NCBI GenBank assembly: GCA_037305845.1
Contig: CP147778.1
Location: forward strand, 1,184,001 to 1,248,000
Reading direction: 5' to 3'
DNA: 64,000 nt
DNA from: Candidatus Freyarchaeum deiterrae
Lineage (GTDB): Archaea > Asgardarchaeota > Jordiarchaeia > Jordiarchaeales > Jordiarchaeaceae
Both the position numbers and the translations under genes were made by a program. This document shows positions 10,297-19,754 of this stretch, in pieces. Position 1 is the first letter of the stretch. Every line of letters starts with the position of its first letter. The notes beneath the pieces were generated by a model. That model was not told the origin of the DNA. It saw nothing but the letters and a program-made list of their open reading frames with translations, and ran no database searches.

Positions 10297-11042
10297 AAGA
10301 CAAAGTTAAACAGGTTTGGGATGAACTACGGGACTACGTGAACGAATTTAACGTAGTATCCAAAACTGAGCTGATAGCCGAAATAAACGAATTACTATTC
10401 TCCCTTTTCACAGACGAAGAGAGGGAAAAAATGGAAAGCGAGTTCTCCATGAAACCAACATTATTTTTCTTCGAGAGTATAGTCGGGGAAACACCTCACT
10501 CAGTTTACTCGCCTCACCTGAGCGAGAAAGACTCTTTCCATGGAGAGACCTATTATCACGCCCATACTTATCCAGCGAAGGAAGAAGACATCAAAAAAGC
10601 ATACGAAAGACTGGAACAGATTAAATTCAAAGCCACAACAAACATCCTCAAAAACACGCTTGAAAAAGCAGGATACCGACTAAAAACAGAGAATAACATG
10701 GTGTTAGCTAAAAAATCAGGCTACACACTAAAATGCACCATTTTCTCAAATCCGGAAACAATAAAATCAAATATTCAGAAATCACCAAACGAATACAAAG
10801 AAACCGTAATAGTTGTACCAACCGAAACCTCCATCAGCCCATTCAAAGAGCTCTACAAGGAGTCAAACAAACTACTCGACAACCAAACAATCATATGGGT
10901 CGCAAACATTCAAAACTATAGCTTAAGCCCCTTTATTGGAGTATACCCCGGAGAAAAAAAAGACAAAGAACTCACCAAATACTTCGAAAAACCAGAATTA
11001 GCGTCAAGAATCTCCAGCACATGGAAAACTGAAATCGATTAA
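10293..11042 (+). CDS. Hypothetical protein
   Basis: 249-aa ORF overlapping the deoA stop by 4 nt (translational coupling). Confidence 0.7.
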   Translation: MKDKVKQVWDELRDYVNEFNVVSKTELIAEINELLFSLFTDEEREKMESEFSMKPTLFFFESIVGETPHSVYSPHLSEKDSFHGETYYHAHTYPAKEEDIKKAYERLEQIKFKATTNILKNTLEKAGYRLKTENNMVLAKKSGYTLKCTIFSNPETIKSNIQKSPNEYKETVIVVPTETSISPFKELYKESNKLLDNQTIIWVANIQNYSLSPFIGVYPGEKKDKELTKYFEKPELASRISSTWKTEID

Positions 11043-11246
11043 AAAGCCACCCTCAGAAAGAAACCGCAAAAATAAAGCACTAAAACAAATACCCTCAAAT
11101 GTTAAATTTGATGTTAAACTAATTATTTATTAACTTTAGGAACATTTTCAGCACAAAAAGTATTAATACTATTCTTACCAAGTCAATAAAAGCAACAAAT
11201 ACTCATACTTTACTTAATCAATAATAGAATTAGGAGTAGGGTTTTT

Positions 11247-11864
11247 ATGATCAAAGATGAAAAAATTAAAGATAACATTTATATGTCAGGTACAACAACC
11301 CTGGGAATCATATGCGATGGTGGGGTAGTACTCGCAACAGAATCACAGGCAACCATGGGAAACCTGAAAGCGAACATAACCGCACCCAAAATATACAAAA
11401 TAGCCCCCAAGATTTCCATAACCATATCTGGCAGCGTAGCAGATTGCCAACAAGTGGCAAAAATAATGTACGCAAACCTAAATCTTAGAAAATACGAAAT
11501 CAGTAGAGAAGTAAGCGTAAAAGCTGCCGCACAACTCCTATCCGTACTCCTATACCAGAACCGAAGCTATATAAGTATGCTAGTCCTAGGCGGAGTCGAT
11601 GGAACCGGACCACACATCTACACACTAGACCCCCTAGGAAGCCTACTCGAAGAACCCAAATTCGGCGCCACAGGATCAGGATCAGTCCTAGCCTACGGAG
11701 TTCTGGAAGACGAATACAAGGAAGGATTGAGCATAGAAGAAGGAAAAGACCTAGCTATAAGAGCAGTAAAAGCAGCCAAAGCCAGAGACATCAACTCAGG
11801 GGGAAGAATTCAGATACACAAAATAACACTAGAGGGAATAGAAGAACAACTAATCGAAGAATAA
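11247..11864 (+). CDS. psmB: Proteasome beta subunit
   Basis: Propeptide followed by G/TTTLG; GSVADCQ, ATGSG and RDINSGG motifs. Confidence 0.95.
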   Translation: MIKDEKIKDNIYMSGTTTLGIICDGGVVLATESQATMGNLKANITAPKIYKIAPKISITISGSVADCQQVAKIMYANLNLRKYEISREVSVKAAAQLLSVLLYQNRSYISMLVLGGVDGTGPHIYTLDPLGSLLEEPKFGATGSGSVLAYGVLEDEYKEGLSIEEGKDLAIRAVKAAKARDINSGGRIQIHKITLEGIEEQLIEE

Positions 11865-12209
11865 ACAAATAAAACAACCTAAAATGTTGGAAAAAATCAA
11901 TCCAACCCCCAAAAGAGAAGGAATACTATTTCTTTCCCACCCTATTTTTAAATCCGTTTGGGAGAGAGTTAAAGGTTACCGCGGAAGAAAACAACGGACC
12001 GGTGATCTCTCCCGCCCAAAAACATGCATTTTGATATTAAATTTTGATGTTTCCAAACTTGTTCAGATAAAAAATCGAAAACAAAATGATACCGCAGATC
12101 CCAGATTATGAAAAAATTATATGAGAAAAATATTCTAAAAAGGGACTAATTATTCAATCAAAAAACATGTTAATAAGTCAACGTAAACTAGATGAGAAAA
12201 AGGACATTA

Positions 12210-12338
12210 GGGAAGCCCTCAACGCTAATACGCCCACACCAATACTAAAAAAAGAAGACCAACAACGACAATGCAAGTGAGGGGGGAAAGCGATTAGTGA
12301 GCTTAGTGTGGAGTGTGTAGCGTGAGGTTCAACTTCCC
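12210..12338 (+). ncRNA. Candidate structured intergenic RNA (long imperfect hairpin)
   Basis: Colinear pairing gggaag/cttccc, cctc/gagg, acgcta/tagcgt, tacgc/gtgtg (G-U pairs), ccacac/gtgtgg, actaa/ttagt. Confidence 0.35.
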
Positions 12339-12581
12339 CGATTAAGTATAATGTATTTTATAAATAAAAATCTTTTGCTTGTTTTCGGTATTTTTTTCCT
12401 TTTGTTTTATATGTTTGGATTTTTATAGGCTTTTTGTTCAAAAATGTACATGCCTTTCATTTTTAAATGTACTTTTTGTGGGGTTATGTAAGTATTTTTT
12501 GTGTGTTACTCGGGTTTTTATTATTTTTTGGTGTGAATTTTTTAAGTTAACGCGGCTTATTATGGTCCGGAGGACTCTTTC

Positions 12582-13073
12582 ATGTCTGAGGATAATTCAC
12601 ATTTTACGATATTTAATAGTGTTAGCGGTGATTCTGGTTCAGGAACCAATTATGGTTCCAGTTCAAGTTCGGGAAAAAACGATGTTATGAGAAGGTTGAT
12701 GGGAGGCGATTTGTGTAAGAGAGCCATTTTTGATGTTTTGAGCAGCGGGGGTTGGTTTACAGTTCTTGACCTGTGTCGTGCGGCGCGTAATTGTGATCGC
12801 GGCGTAGGTATTGTGAGGGTGAGTACTATCTTGAACCAGTTTCAGCAATCTCTGGGTAGTGATTTTCTGGAGTCTAGAATGGGGAGGGACGCCACTGAGT
12901 GGCGTATTAATCCTGAGTTTTTACGCTCTGCAGCGGGTGTCCTCTCCGAGTTGAAATCCCGTGATAATGGGATTGAGACCAAGATTACGGAAGGAGGTAA
13001 GAGTGAAAACGTGAAAACGCATAGTAGTCTTTTACGCAATCTCTTAGGAAAGACATCAGATTTGAATTTGTAG
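12582..13073 (+). CDS. Hypothetical protein with Ser/Gly-rich N-terminus and wHTH-like core
   Basis: GGAGG RBS; KRAIFDVLSSGGWFTVLDL...EWRINP pattern is wHTH-like. Confidence 0.6.
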   Translation: MSEDNSHFTIFNSVSGDSGSGTNYGSSSSSGKNDVMRRLMGGDLCKRAIFDVLSSGGWFTVLDLCRAARNCDRGVGIVRVSTILNQFQQSLGSDFLESRMGRDATEWRINPEFLRSAAGVLSELKSRDNGIETKITEGGKSENVKTHSSLLRNLLGKTSDLNL

Positions 13074-13216
13074 GGATTCGTGTTTTCGGACTTATTTCTT
13101 TATTCTTCGGTCCCCATTTTTAGGTAATTGTTCGCTCTTTGATGAGTTAAATTCTTAAATATCTTAAAAACTGGTTTCTACAGAGTTTTAAGGTAAGGGC
13201 AGGGTACGGTTTTAGC

Positions 13217-13450
13217 ATGGTTCGTATAGCTATAGATCCAGATAAGTGCCACGGTGAAGGAATATGCAGGGCGGTTTGTCCTAAAGGTGGGCGGATTTAT
13301 AATATTGTGGAATCTAACGGTAAGCGTTTAGCTGTAGTTATGGACGAAAGTAACTGCTTAGGTTGTAAATTATGTATGACGCGATGCCCACATGATGCGA
13401 TTAGGATTGATTTTAAGAAGAGACCTCACTCCCAAGATGTGGAGCCTTGA
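13217..13450 (+). CDS. Ferredoxin (4Fe-4S dicluster type)
   Basis: CHGEGICRAVCP and CLGCKLCMTRCP. Confidence 0.88.
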   Translation: MVRIAIDPDKCHGEGICRAVCPKGGRIYNIVESNGKRLAVVMDESNCLGCKLCMTRCPHDAIRIDFKKRPHSQDVEP

Positions 13451-13553
13451 TTAATTTTTAGTTTTCTAATTCTGTTTTATGCGCTGTTTTAGCTTGCGTT
13501 TCTAAGAGTTAATGTTTTAAGCTTTGTCACAACTGTATTTTTAGAATTTTGCT

Positions 13554-14492
13554 ATGTGGCGTGCGATTATGGTTTATGACAAGGCTGGGAGGCCTATTAG
13601 GGATATTCGAGTTTCCCTTACTCATCGTTGTAATCTCAAGTGTATTTACTGTCACGGTGAGGGCGAGTGCCATCCTAATGGTGAGTTAAGTGCTCCGGAA
13701 ATTGAAAGAGTTGTGGAAGTTGCGGCGGGTGAGGGTGTTCAGCGAGTAAAGTTGACTGGTGGGGAACCGCTACTGCGTAAGGATGTTATTGATGTGGTTA
13801 GGAGGCTCTCCTCTATCCCTGGAATAGAGGAGGTTTCTATGACTACCAATGCTACCATGCTTGCGGACATGGCGGGTGAGCTGAAAGAGGCAGGATTAAA
13901 AAGAGTTAATATTAGCTTGGGCTCTCTTGTTCCTGAGAGGTATAAGGAAATCACTGGTTTTGATAAATTAGACTCTGTGCTTAGCGGAATTGATGAGGCG
14001 GTGGAGGTTGGGCTCAGCCCTGTGAAGACTAACATGGTATTGTTGAAGGGATTGAACGATAATGAGTTCTGGGATTTGGTGAAGTTTTCCAAAGACAAGG
14101 GTGTGGTTCTTCAGGTTATTGAGTTTGTTGATGTCGGGAATAACTCCGTCTTTGAGCACTATCATGCAGATGTCGAACCCCTAGAGAACGAGTTGCAGCG
14201 TCGCTCGGAAAGGATTGTCACCAGAAATATGCATAAAAGAAAAAAGTATTTTCTACCCGGTGGGGCGGAAGTGGAGATTGTTAGACCGGTACATAACAGT
14301 GATTTCTGCTCCAACTGTACACGTATTCGGCTAACAAGCGACGGAAAGCTCAAACCCTGCTTGATGCGGAACGACAATCTAGTGGATGTTGTTGAACCGC
14401 TCAGAAAAGGAGCAGACCAAAAAACTCTCAAAAAGCTATTTTTGAAGGCGGTAGAGTTACGCGAGCCTTACTATAAAGCTAAGAATGAGTAA
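13554..14492 (+). CDS. moaA: GTP 3',8-cyclase MoaA
   Basis: RVSLTHRCNLKCIYC, LTGGEPLLR and FCSNCTRIRLTSDGKLKPCL. Confidence 0.95.
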   Translation: MWRAIMVYDKAGRPIRDIRVSLTHRCNLKCIYCHGEGECHPNGELSAPEIERVVEVAAGEGVQRVKLTGGEPLLRKDVIDVVRRLSSIPGIEEVSMTTNATMLADMAGELKEAGLKRVNISLGSLVPERYKEITGFDKLDSVLSGIDEAVEVGLSPVKTNMVLLKGLNDNEFWDLVKFSKDKGVVLQVIEFVDVGNNSVFEHYHADVEPLENELQRRSERIVTRNMHKRKKYFLPGGAEVEIVRPVHNSDFCSNCTRIRLTSDGKLKPCLMRNDNLVDVVEPLRKGADQKTLKKLFLKAVELREPYYKAKNE

Positions 14493-14513
14493 ATTACTTT
14501 ATTTTCAGTTTTC

Positions 14514-14651
14514 TTATGGTCGCACCTCTATCTTTGCCCTCTTTTTAGACTCCGTTTTAGGGAACAAGACGCGATCAACGAGGACCAAAGATAATGAGGT
14601 AACGCCTATACCGATGACGAATAGGGTGGTCAAATCAAACACTTTTTCCAT
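14514..14651 (-). CDS. Small single-pass membrane protein (45 aa), not in the ORF track
   Basis: AGGAAGGTG directly precedes ATG; MEKVFDLTTLFVIGIGVTSLSLVLVDRVLFPKTESKKRAKIEVRP* has a TM segment and basic tail. Confidence 0.55.
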   Translation of the reverse strand: MEKVFDLTTLFVIGIGVTSLSLVLVDRVLFPKTESKKRAKIEVRP

Positions 14652-14675
14652 CACCTTCCTAGTTTACTATTTTTA

Positions 14676-14694
14676 ATACTAATATAATTAGTAT
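14676..14694. promoter_or_regulatory. Palindromic putative operator
   Basis: ATACTAAT-ata-ATTAGTAT lies between the TATA-like run (about 14695-14710) and the RBS of the 45-aa ORF. Confidence 0.3.
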
Positions 14695-14870
14695 AATATA
14701 TAAATATATTTGAGATTGGTTCACAATTATTATGAAAAATTATTAAATTTAGTTATGAATTATTAATAACTTTTAAGAAAAAATATGAAAAACTTATAGC
14801 TATACTTAATTTAAAATAGAGATTCCGCCCTCAATAACAAAGGTCGCATGTCTATTTTTCTTACCTGTAT

Positions 14871-16010
14871 CTAGAGGGATCTTTTTAGGAGTTCCATTAG
14901 GTCTACTAATTTTATTTTGGAGTCGGAGTACCTAATGGCTCTTTCGAAATTGAATTCGCAGATTGGGCAACTGGTCACAAGCATTTCTGCACCTGTGGCT
15001 TCTGCCTCTTTTACGCGCTTCTCGGCTATTTTCACAGCGACCTCAGGGTAAGCGGCCATCATCCCTCCGCCTGCCCCACAACACTTCGCTTCAAACTTGT
15101 TGTACTCCATTTCCCTCAGTTCCAGCCCAGGAATACTGTTCAGAATTCTGCGTGGTTCCTCTATTACCTTCATGTGTCTGCCTAGATGGCAAGGGTCGTG
15201 ATAAGTGGCGACGGTTTTCACAGGTTTGGTGGGTTTTATTTTCTCCTCATCCAGCATCTTTGCCACCGCCTGTGTTATATGTTCAACCTTTAAGTCGAAG
15301 TCGAAGTACTTGGGATACTCTTCAGCGAAAATTTTGTAACAACCCGGGCACCCGGTGATGATTGTTTTTATGCCAGCTTTCCGAAACGCGTCTACGTTCT
15401 TTTTCCCGTTCTCAATGAAATCTTCTAAAAATCCGGTGGTGAGCATAAGGCTCCCGCAGCAATACTCCTCATTTCCTAGATAATTCAGTTTTAAGCCGCT
15501 GTCGATGAGCAATTTGGCAGAGGATTTCAACCAATCAGGAAAAATATAGGGATAAGTACAACCAGCATACAGGAGAGTATCGGCAGACTTCGAGAATTTA
15601 ATGTCCTTCGCCCAGTTCGCTCTCTCATTTCTGGGTTTCAAGTAGGGATTACTGTTTCGCTTTATTTCTTCTATGCCCCTCTCATGATACTCGTCTTTAA
15701 AGCCCGCCTCCACCAAGTCTGCCCTGAGAGCTTCAATAATTTCCACATTTCTTAATGCACAACGGGATCCGCAGTAATTACACGTTGCGCATAGGTTTAT
15801 ACAGTCCAGTATTTCCTTACTGGGCTCAAGGACGCCTTCTAACAGTCCTCTCGCTATGAGCATTTTTCCACGACAAGAATAAGATTCCAAACCCATCTCT
15901 CGAAAAGCCGGGCAGAGTTCGCGGCAATAGCCGCACCGACTGCGATTACAAGTGTATATGTCTTCTTTGTATTCATCGGTATGTTCCATTTTTTTCCACT
16001 CTTTTCTCAT
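14871..16010 (-). CDS. Fe-S oxidoreductase (GlcF/HdrD-like, 4Fe-4S + two CCG domains)
   Basis: CATCNYC, YCCG, TYHDPCHLGR, KCCGAGGG and TSCPIC motifs. Confidence 0.88.
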   Translation of the reverse strand: MRKEWKKMEHTDEYKEDIYTCNRSRCGYCRELCPAFREMGLESYSCRGKMLIARGLLEGVLEPSKEILDCINLCATCNYCGSRCALRNVEIIEALRADLVEAGFKDEYHERGIEEIKRNSNPYLKPRNERANWAKDIKFSKSADTLLYAGCTYPYIFPDWLKSSAKLLIDSGLKLNYLGNEEYCCGSLMLTTGFLEDFIENGKKNVDAFRKAGIKTIITGCPGCYKIFAEEYPKYFDFDLKVEHITQAVAKMLDEEKIKPTKPVKTVATYHDPCHLGRHMKVIEEPRRILNSIPGLELREMEYNKFEAKCCGAGGGMMAAYPEVAVKIAEKRVKEAEATGAEMLVTSCPICEFNFERAIRYSDSKIKLVDLMELLKRSL

Positions 16011-16044
16011 CTATTGAACAATTAGTGTGAATGTTTTGATTTTC

Positions 16045-17514
16045 TTACGGTTGTTTTTCGGGTTGTATCCAGCATGATTCGAATTTTTTGCCGGGGTTCA
16101 TTATGTTTGCGGGGTCGAATACTTCTTTGATTTTCTTCATGTATTTTAGCGCTTCCCCGTGTTCGTACTCGTTGAAGCCGCCTAATCGGTCTCCGTCTCC
16201 GATGTAGGTGCTCATGGTTCCTTCTAGGTCTACGGCCATTTTGCTCATTTCTTCGACGTATTTGTAGAAGCGTTTTATTTCGTCGGGGTTGGTGTCGTCT
16301 ACGAATACTGCGAAGCTTATGCTGGGGCTTATGCGGTTGGGTCTTTCGTTGTACACGCACATTCCCAGGATTTCGATTTGGTTTTTTTCTGCTATTTCTA
16401 GGAATTTTTGGTATGCTTCTTCTATTCGGCCTATGGGGATTCCTAGGTCTGCGGCTCCGAATTTTTTCTTTCTCTGGGAGTCAGGCCATTTCTGTTTGAA
16501 GGGTTGGAACTGTAGAGTGTGTTTGCTGGTCCACCACCCGTCGATGATTTCTCTCTCTTTTACTTTTACTCCTCCGCTTTCTTCTAGTATTTTTAGGGCG
16601 TATTCGTGCGCGAAGTTTACTACTTCTTCGTCGCCGTTGAAGGATACGAATAATAGCGCTTCAGCCCATTCGGGGATGTCAGGTTCTTTTCCGTGTTTTT
16701 CTTTGTAGGCGTGGGTGTAGAATCCTAAGCGGTTTCTGCAGTTGATGTGGGCGCTTTCGACGCTTAGTCCGGCTTTGAGGAGTTTTTGTAGGGCGTTTAT
16801 TGCTTCCGAGATAGATTTGAAGACTGCCGCTTCTACTGCTCTAGTTTGGGGTTTGGGGAAGACGTTTAGTGTGGCTTCTGTGACTACTCCGAGTGTGCCC
16901 TCTGCTCCTATTAGGAGCCAGTGTAGTTTGTATCCAGAGGAGGTGCAGAGTGCTTTTCGGTGTCCCACTCTCAGGATTTCTCCAGTGCCGGTCACTATTA
17001 CGGCGTTGAGGAGGTAGTCTACTAGTTTTCCGTATTTTATTCCGAAGGTGCTGTCGTTATCGCAAGATATGGCGGCTCCGACTGTGGATGCAGGTTTGCT
17101 TTCGGGGTCGTGTGGCCACCATAAGCCGTGTTTTTCTAGTTCCTTGTTAAGGGTCAGGACGGGTATGCCGACTTGTGTGGTTACTGTTAGGTTTTCCTTG
17201 TCTATTTCCAAGACTTTGTTGAGTCCCTTGGTGTCTATGGTTATGCCTCCTTTGATTGGGGATACTCCCCCACCCATTCCGGTTCCGCCTGCAAACGGGA
17301 CAACTGGAATCTTGTTTTTGTACGCGATTTTTATTATTTCCGCTACTTCCTCTGTGGTTGAGGGCACTACGACTAGGTCGGGAAGCTGTGCTTCTTTCGC
17401 GTTTCGGGGAGACCAATCTCTGCTGTAAGCCATTCTCTGGAATTTTTGAGCTGAAATTTTCTCCTCACCTATTTTTTGTGCTATTTCCTGAGCAACCTCC
17501 TCTATTTCTAGCAT
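16045..17514 (-). CDS. FAD-linked oxidoreductase (GlcD / D-lactate dehydrogenase-like)
   Basis: PDLVVVP, GGTGMGGG, GAEGTLGVVTEATL and FDPANIMNPGK motifs. Confidence 0.9.
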   Translation of the reverse strand: MLEIEEVAQEIAQKIGEEKISAQKFQRMAYSRDWSPRNAKEAQLPDLVVVPSTTEEVAEIIKIAYKNKIPVVPFAGGTGMGGGVSPIKGGITIDTKGLNKVLEIDKENLTVTTQVGIPVLTLNKELEKHGLWWPHDPESKPASTVGAAISCDNDSTFGIKYGKLVDYLLNAVIVTGTGEILRVGHRKALCTSSGYKLHWLLIGAEGTLGVVTEATLNVFPKPQTRAVEAAVFKSISEAINALQKLLKAGLSVESAHINCRNRLGFYTHAYKEKHGKEPDIPEWAEALLFVSFNGDEEVVNFAHEYALKILEESGGVKVKEREIIDGWWTSKHTLQFQPFKQKWPDSQRKKKFGAADLGIPIGRIEEAYQKFLEIAEKNQIEILGMCVYNERPNRISPSISFAVFVDDTNPDEIKRFYKYVEEMSKMAVDLEGTMSTYIGDGDRLGGFNEYEHGEALKYMKKIKEVFDPANIMNPGKKFESCWIQPEKQP

Positions 17515-17731
17515 AGTTTTAACTCCTCTAAGTAAGTGTTATCTCAATTAATTCGAGTGATCGTAATAGGTTCATCCGTGCATTTTGAGAGGTTTTTCCC
17601 CTCGTTTTTTGAATGCTTTAAGAGTATTTTAACAGTTTTATAACTGTATATATTTGTTTCTGGTTTTTAAAAAATTGAAAGAGAACTTGTTCATTCGTTT
17701 AAAGTTTTACCGCTAGTTTTTTATTGTGTGA

Positions 17732-18337
17732 ATGATTATATTACTCAGCGATATTAGAGAGTCGAGGTGGAAGTCGCGCTTAGAATGTGGATTTCTAGTT
17801 TCCATTGCAATTGAGGTGAGCTTTTTGAGAAACGAATCTCTCATTAAGGATATGAGCAGGATTCTGCTAGAGTTTAACGACACCAAGGAAAAATACGATT
17901 TAGAGGTTAAACGACTCTCAGAGTCTTTGTCCCAGCTCAAGTTATCAAATTCGAACGGTGATAGACTTAAAAACGGAGAAAAGGCTCTTGATTGCATATT
18001 TGACACGGATGAGTATTTGTTTAATTTTGAAAGAATTATGACGGATTTGATAAGTCTGGAGATGACTAAGAACCGAGTTCAGTCTATGACTTCTAATTTT
18101 ATTTCGAGGGTTAGGTCTCAGAGGGAATTACTAAGCGAACTTCAAAAGAACATCAAAAACTGTTTGAAGGTTAGCGATAACTCTGACCTCTCAGAAATCG
18201 CTATAGAGGATCTCCAGAAAAGCTCAGAAGTGTTTAGGAAAAACGTGTTAGAAACCAAGCGAGAAAGTGAAAATTTGACTTCGCTGCTCAGAGATAAATA
18301 CGAGAAAGTTCGCCTGGGAAAATCTAATTATATTTAG
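17732..18337 (+). CDS. Hypothetical coiled-coil protein
   Basis: Helical and E/K/L/S-rich; GAGGTG RBS at about 17814 suggests a start near 17825. Confidence 0.6.
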   Translation: MIILLSDIRESRWKSRLECGFLVSIAIEVSFLRNESLIKDMSRILLEFNDTKEKYDLEVKRLSESLSQLKLSNSNGDRLKNGEKALDCIFDTDEYLFNFERIMTDLISLEMTKNRVQSMTSNFISRVRSQRELLSELQKNIKNCLKVSDNSDLSEIAIEDLQKSSEVFRKNVLETKRESENLTSLLRDKYEKVRLGKSNYI

Positions 18338-18345
18338 GAGTTCCT

Positions 18346-19749
18346 TCATTTTTCCTCTTTTTCTTTTGGTTTCGCTTCCTTCTGCTGTTTCTTCTTTCCA
18401 TATTCTTTAACCAAGCCTAAGATATAAGCAGCCATTGGAAAGGAGAAGGCTATGGGTAGTAGCAGCACTAGAACTATTTCTGGTTGTGAAACCTCTACGC
18501 TCTCGATAACGGACAGGGGAACCCCAACTTGGTTTAAGGCTATGAGTGTTGCGAAACATATGAAGGAGAAAAGAATAACGCCTCCGACACGGAGAAGGGT
18601 ACCGATGAGGGCTGAGCGGGTTACACTGCCGAAGCTTGGAGCCGCGGCTGCCGCGGTTAGTGTTTCTCTAGATTCCGGAATTTCTGTGTAAATTTTGTCC
18701 ATGTATGTTTGCAGTCTTCTGATATCGTGTAGCGCTTCTTTTTCCACCTTTTTCTTTCTAAAAATCTTCATTTCAATAAGGTTTCTAAGGAACTTTATAG
18801 CCTCTTCGCTTAGCGTTGTTCTAGTTTTAGTAGCCCCCTTCGTTTCGTCGGCAATCACTTCTTCTTCTGGTGCTGAGGCAATTTCTTCCACAACTTTCAA
18901 CTGCTTCTCAATCATTTTTCTTCTTTCAATCGCGGGGGAAGTAACCTCATTCATGTATATAACTTGGAAGCCCACCTCCACATAGAGATAGCAAACAAGC
19001 GCTGCGAAGAACAGAGGTGAAGTTAAAAACGAGATTGCTGCTCCAGCTACACCCCCGTACAATACCTCAATAAAGAAGGAAGTAGAGGTAAAGAACAAGG
19101 TACTGCCAGGCAAACCAATGTTAATCATCTGGGTTAAAGCAGCGAGCGCCAACATTGATTGTATGCAGATAAATGAGGAAACCAGATATCGCATCTTTAC
19201 TCTCCAGAAAAAGACAACACCGGTAATAATAGCAACAATAAGTAGGAGAGGAAATAGAAAATAATAAAATGACCAAAGAGCATTAAGCGCCAAGTCGCTT
19301 AGAACAAGCGTCCAAAGGCTGGGCCAGATCAAATATTCCATCTGGAAAGAGTTCAAAAATAGAATCAAAGGAAAGGGATACAACCAAATTTTCGATGTGA
19401 AAAGATCCCCATAGTATTCTAGAATCAAAATATTATTATATAATGCGAGGTATGGCTGAGCCAAGGGGGGCATGAAAAATTGGGCTGCGAGCGTATCTAA
19501 CCCTCTAATCATCATTGTAAAAATAAATTGCAAAAGTCTCCAGAAATCTCCTAGAAAAACGCTAAAGTTGCTGAGGCTCCAGGTATCAATCGGGTTATAA
19601 AGAGTGTAAAACGTGTTAGAACTCCCGTTGTAGTATTGAATTTGGTGGAAAGTACGCGACCAAACGTTAGTAAGAACCACTAGTAGAGAGCCTAGAAAGG
19701 AGACACCGGCAACAATTTTTAGTGATAGTTTAAATTGCGAACTTTTCAT
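18346..19749 (-). CDS. Multi-pass membrane protein, last gene of the MoxR operon
   Basis: Multiple TM segments with a charged cytoplasmic loop; 5 nt downstream of the DUF58 gene. Confidence 0.75.
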   Translation of the reverse strand: MKSSQFKLSLKIVAGVSFLGSLLVVLTNVWSRTFHQIQYYNGSSNTFYTLYNPIDTWSLSNFSVFLGDFWRLLQFIFTMMIRGLDTLAAQFFMPPLAQPYLALYNNILILEYYGDLFTSKIWLYPFPLILFLNSFQMEYLIWPSLWTLVLSDLALNALWSFYYFLFPLLLIVAIITGVVFFWRVKMRYLVSSFICIQSMLALAALTQMINIGLPGSTLFFTSTSFFIEVLYGGVAGAAISFLTSPLFFAALVCYLYVEVGFQVIYMNEVTSPAIERRKMIEKQLKVVEEIASAPEEEVIADETKGATKTRTTLSEEAIKFLRNLIEMKIFRKKKVEKEALHDIRRLQTYMDKIYTEIPESRETLTAAAAAPSFGSVTRSALIGTLLRVGGVILFSFICFATLIALNQVGVPLSVIESVEVSQPEIVLVLLLPIAFSFPMAAYILGLVKEYGKKKQQKEAKPKEKEEK

Positions 19750-19754
19750 GGGGG

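Noticed and set aside
11884-12690. ORFs 11884-12111 and 12379-12690
   Set aside because: They are low-complexity products of A-rich or T-rich intergenic DNA with no motifs.
14485-14676. 63-aa + strand ORF after moaA
   Set aside because: It has no recognisable features, and the antisense 45-aa ORF has a better upstream signal and a TM pattern.
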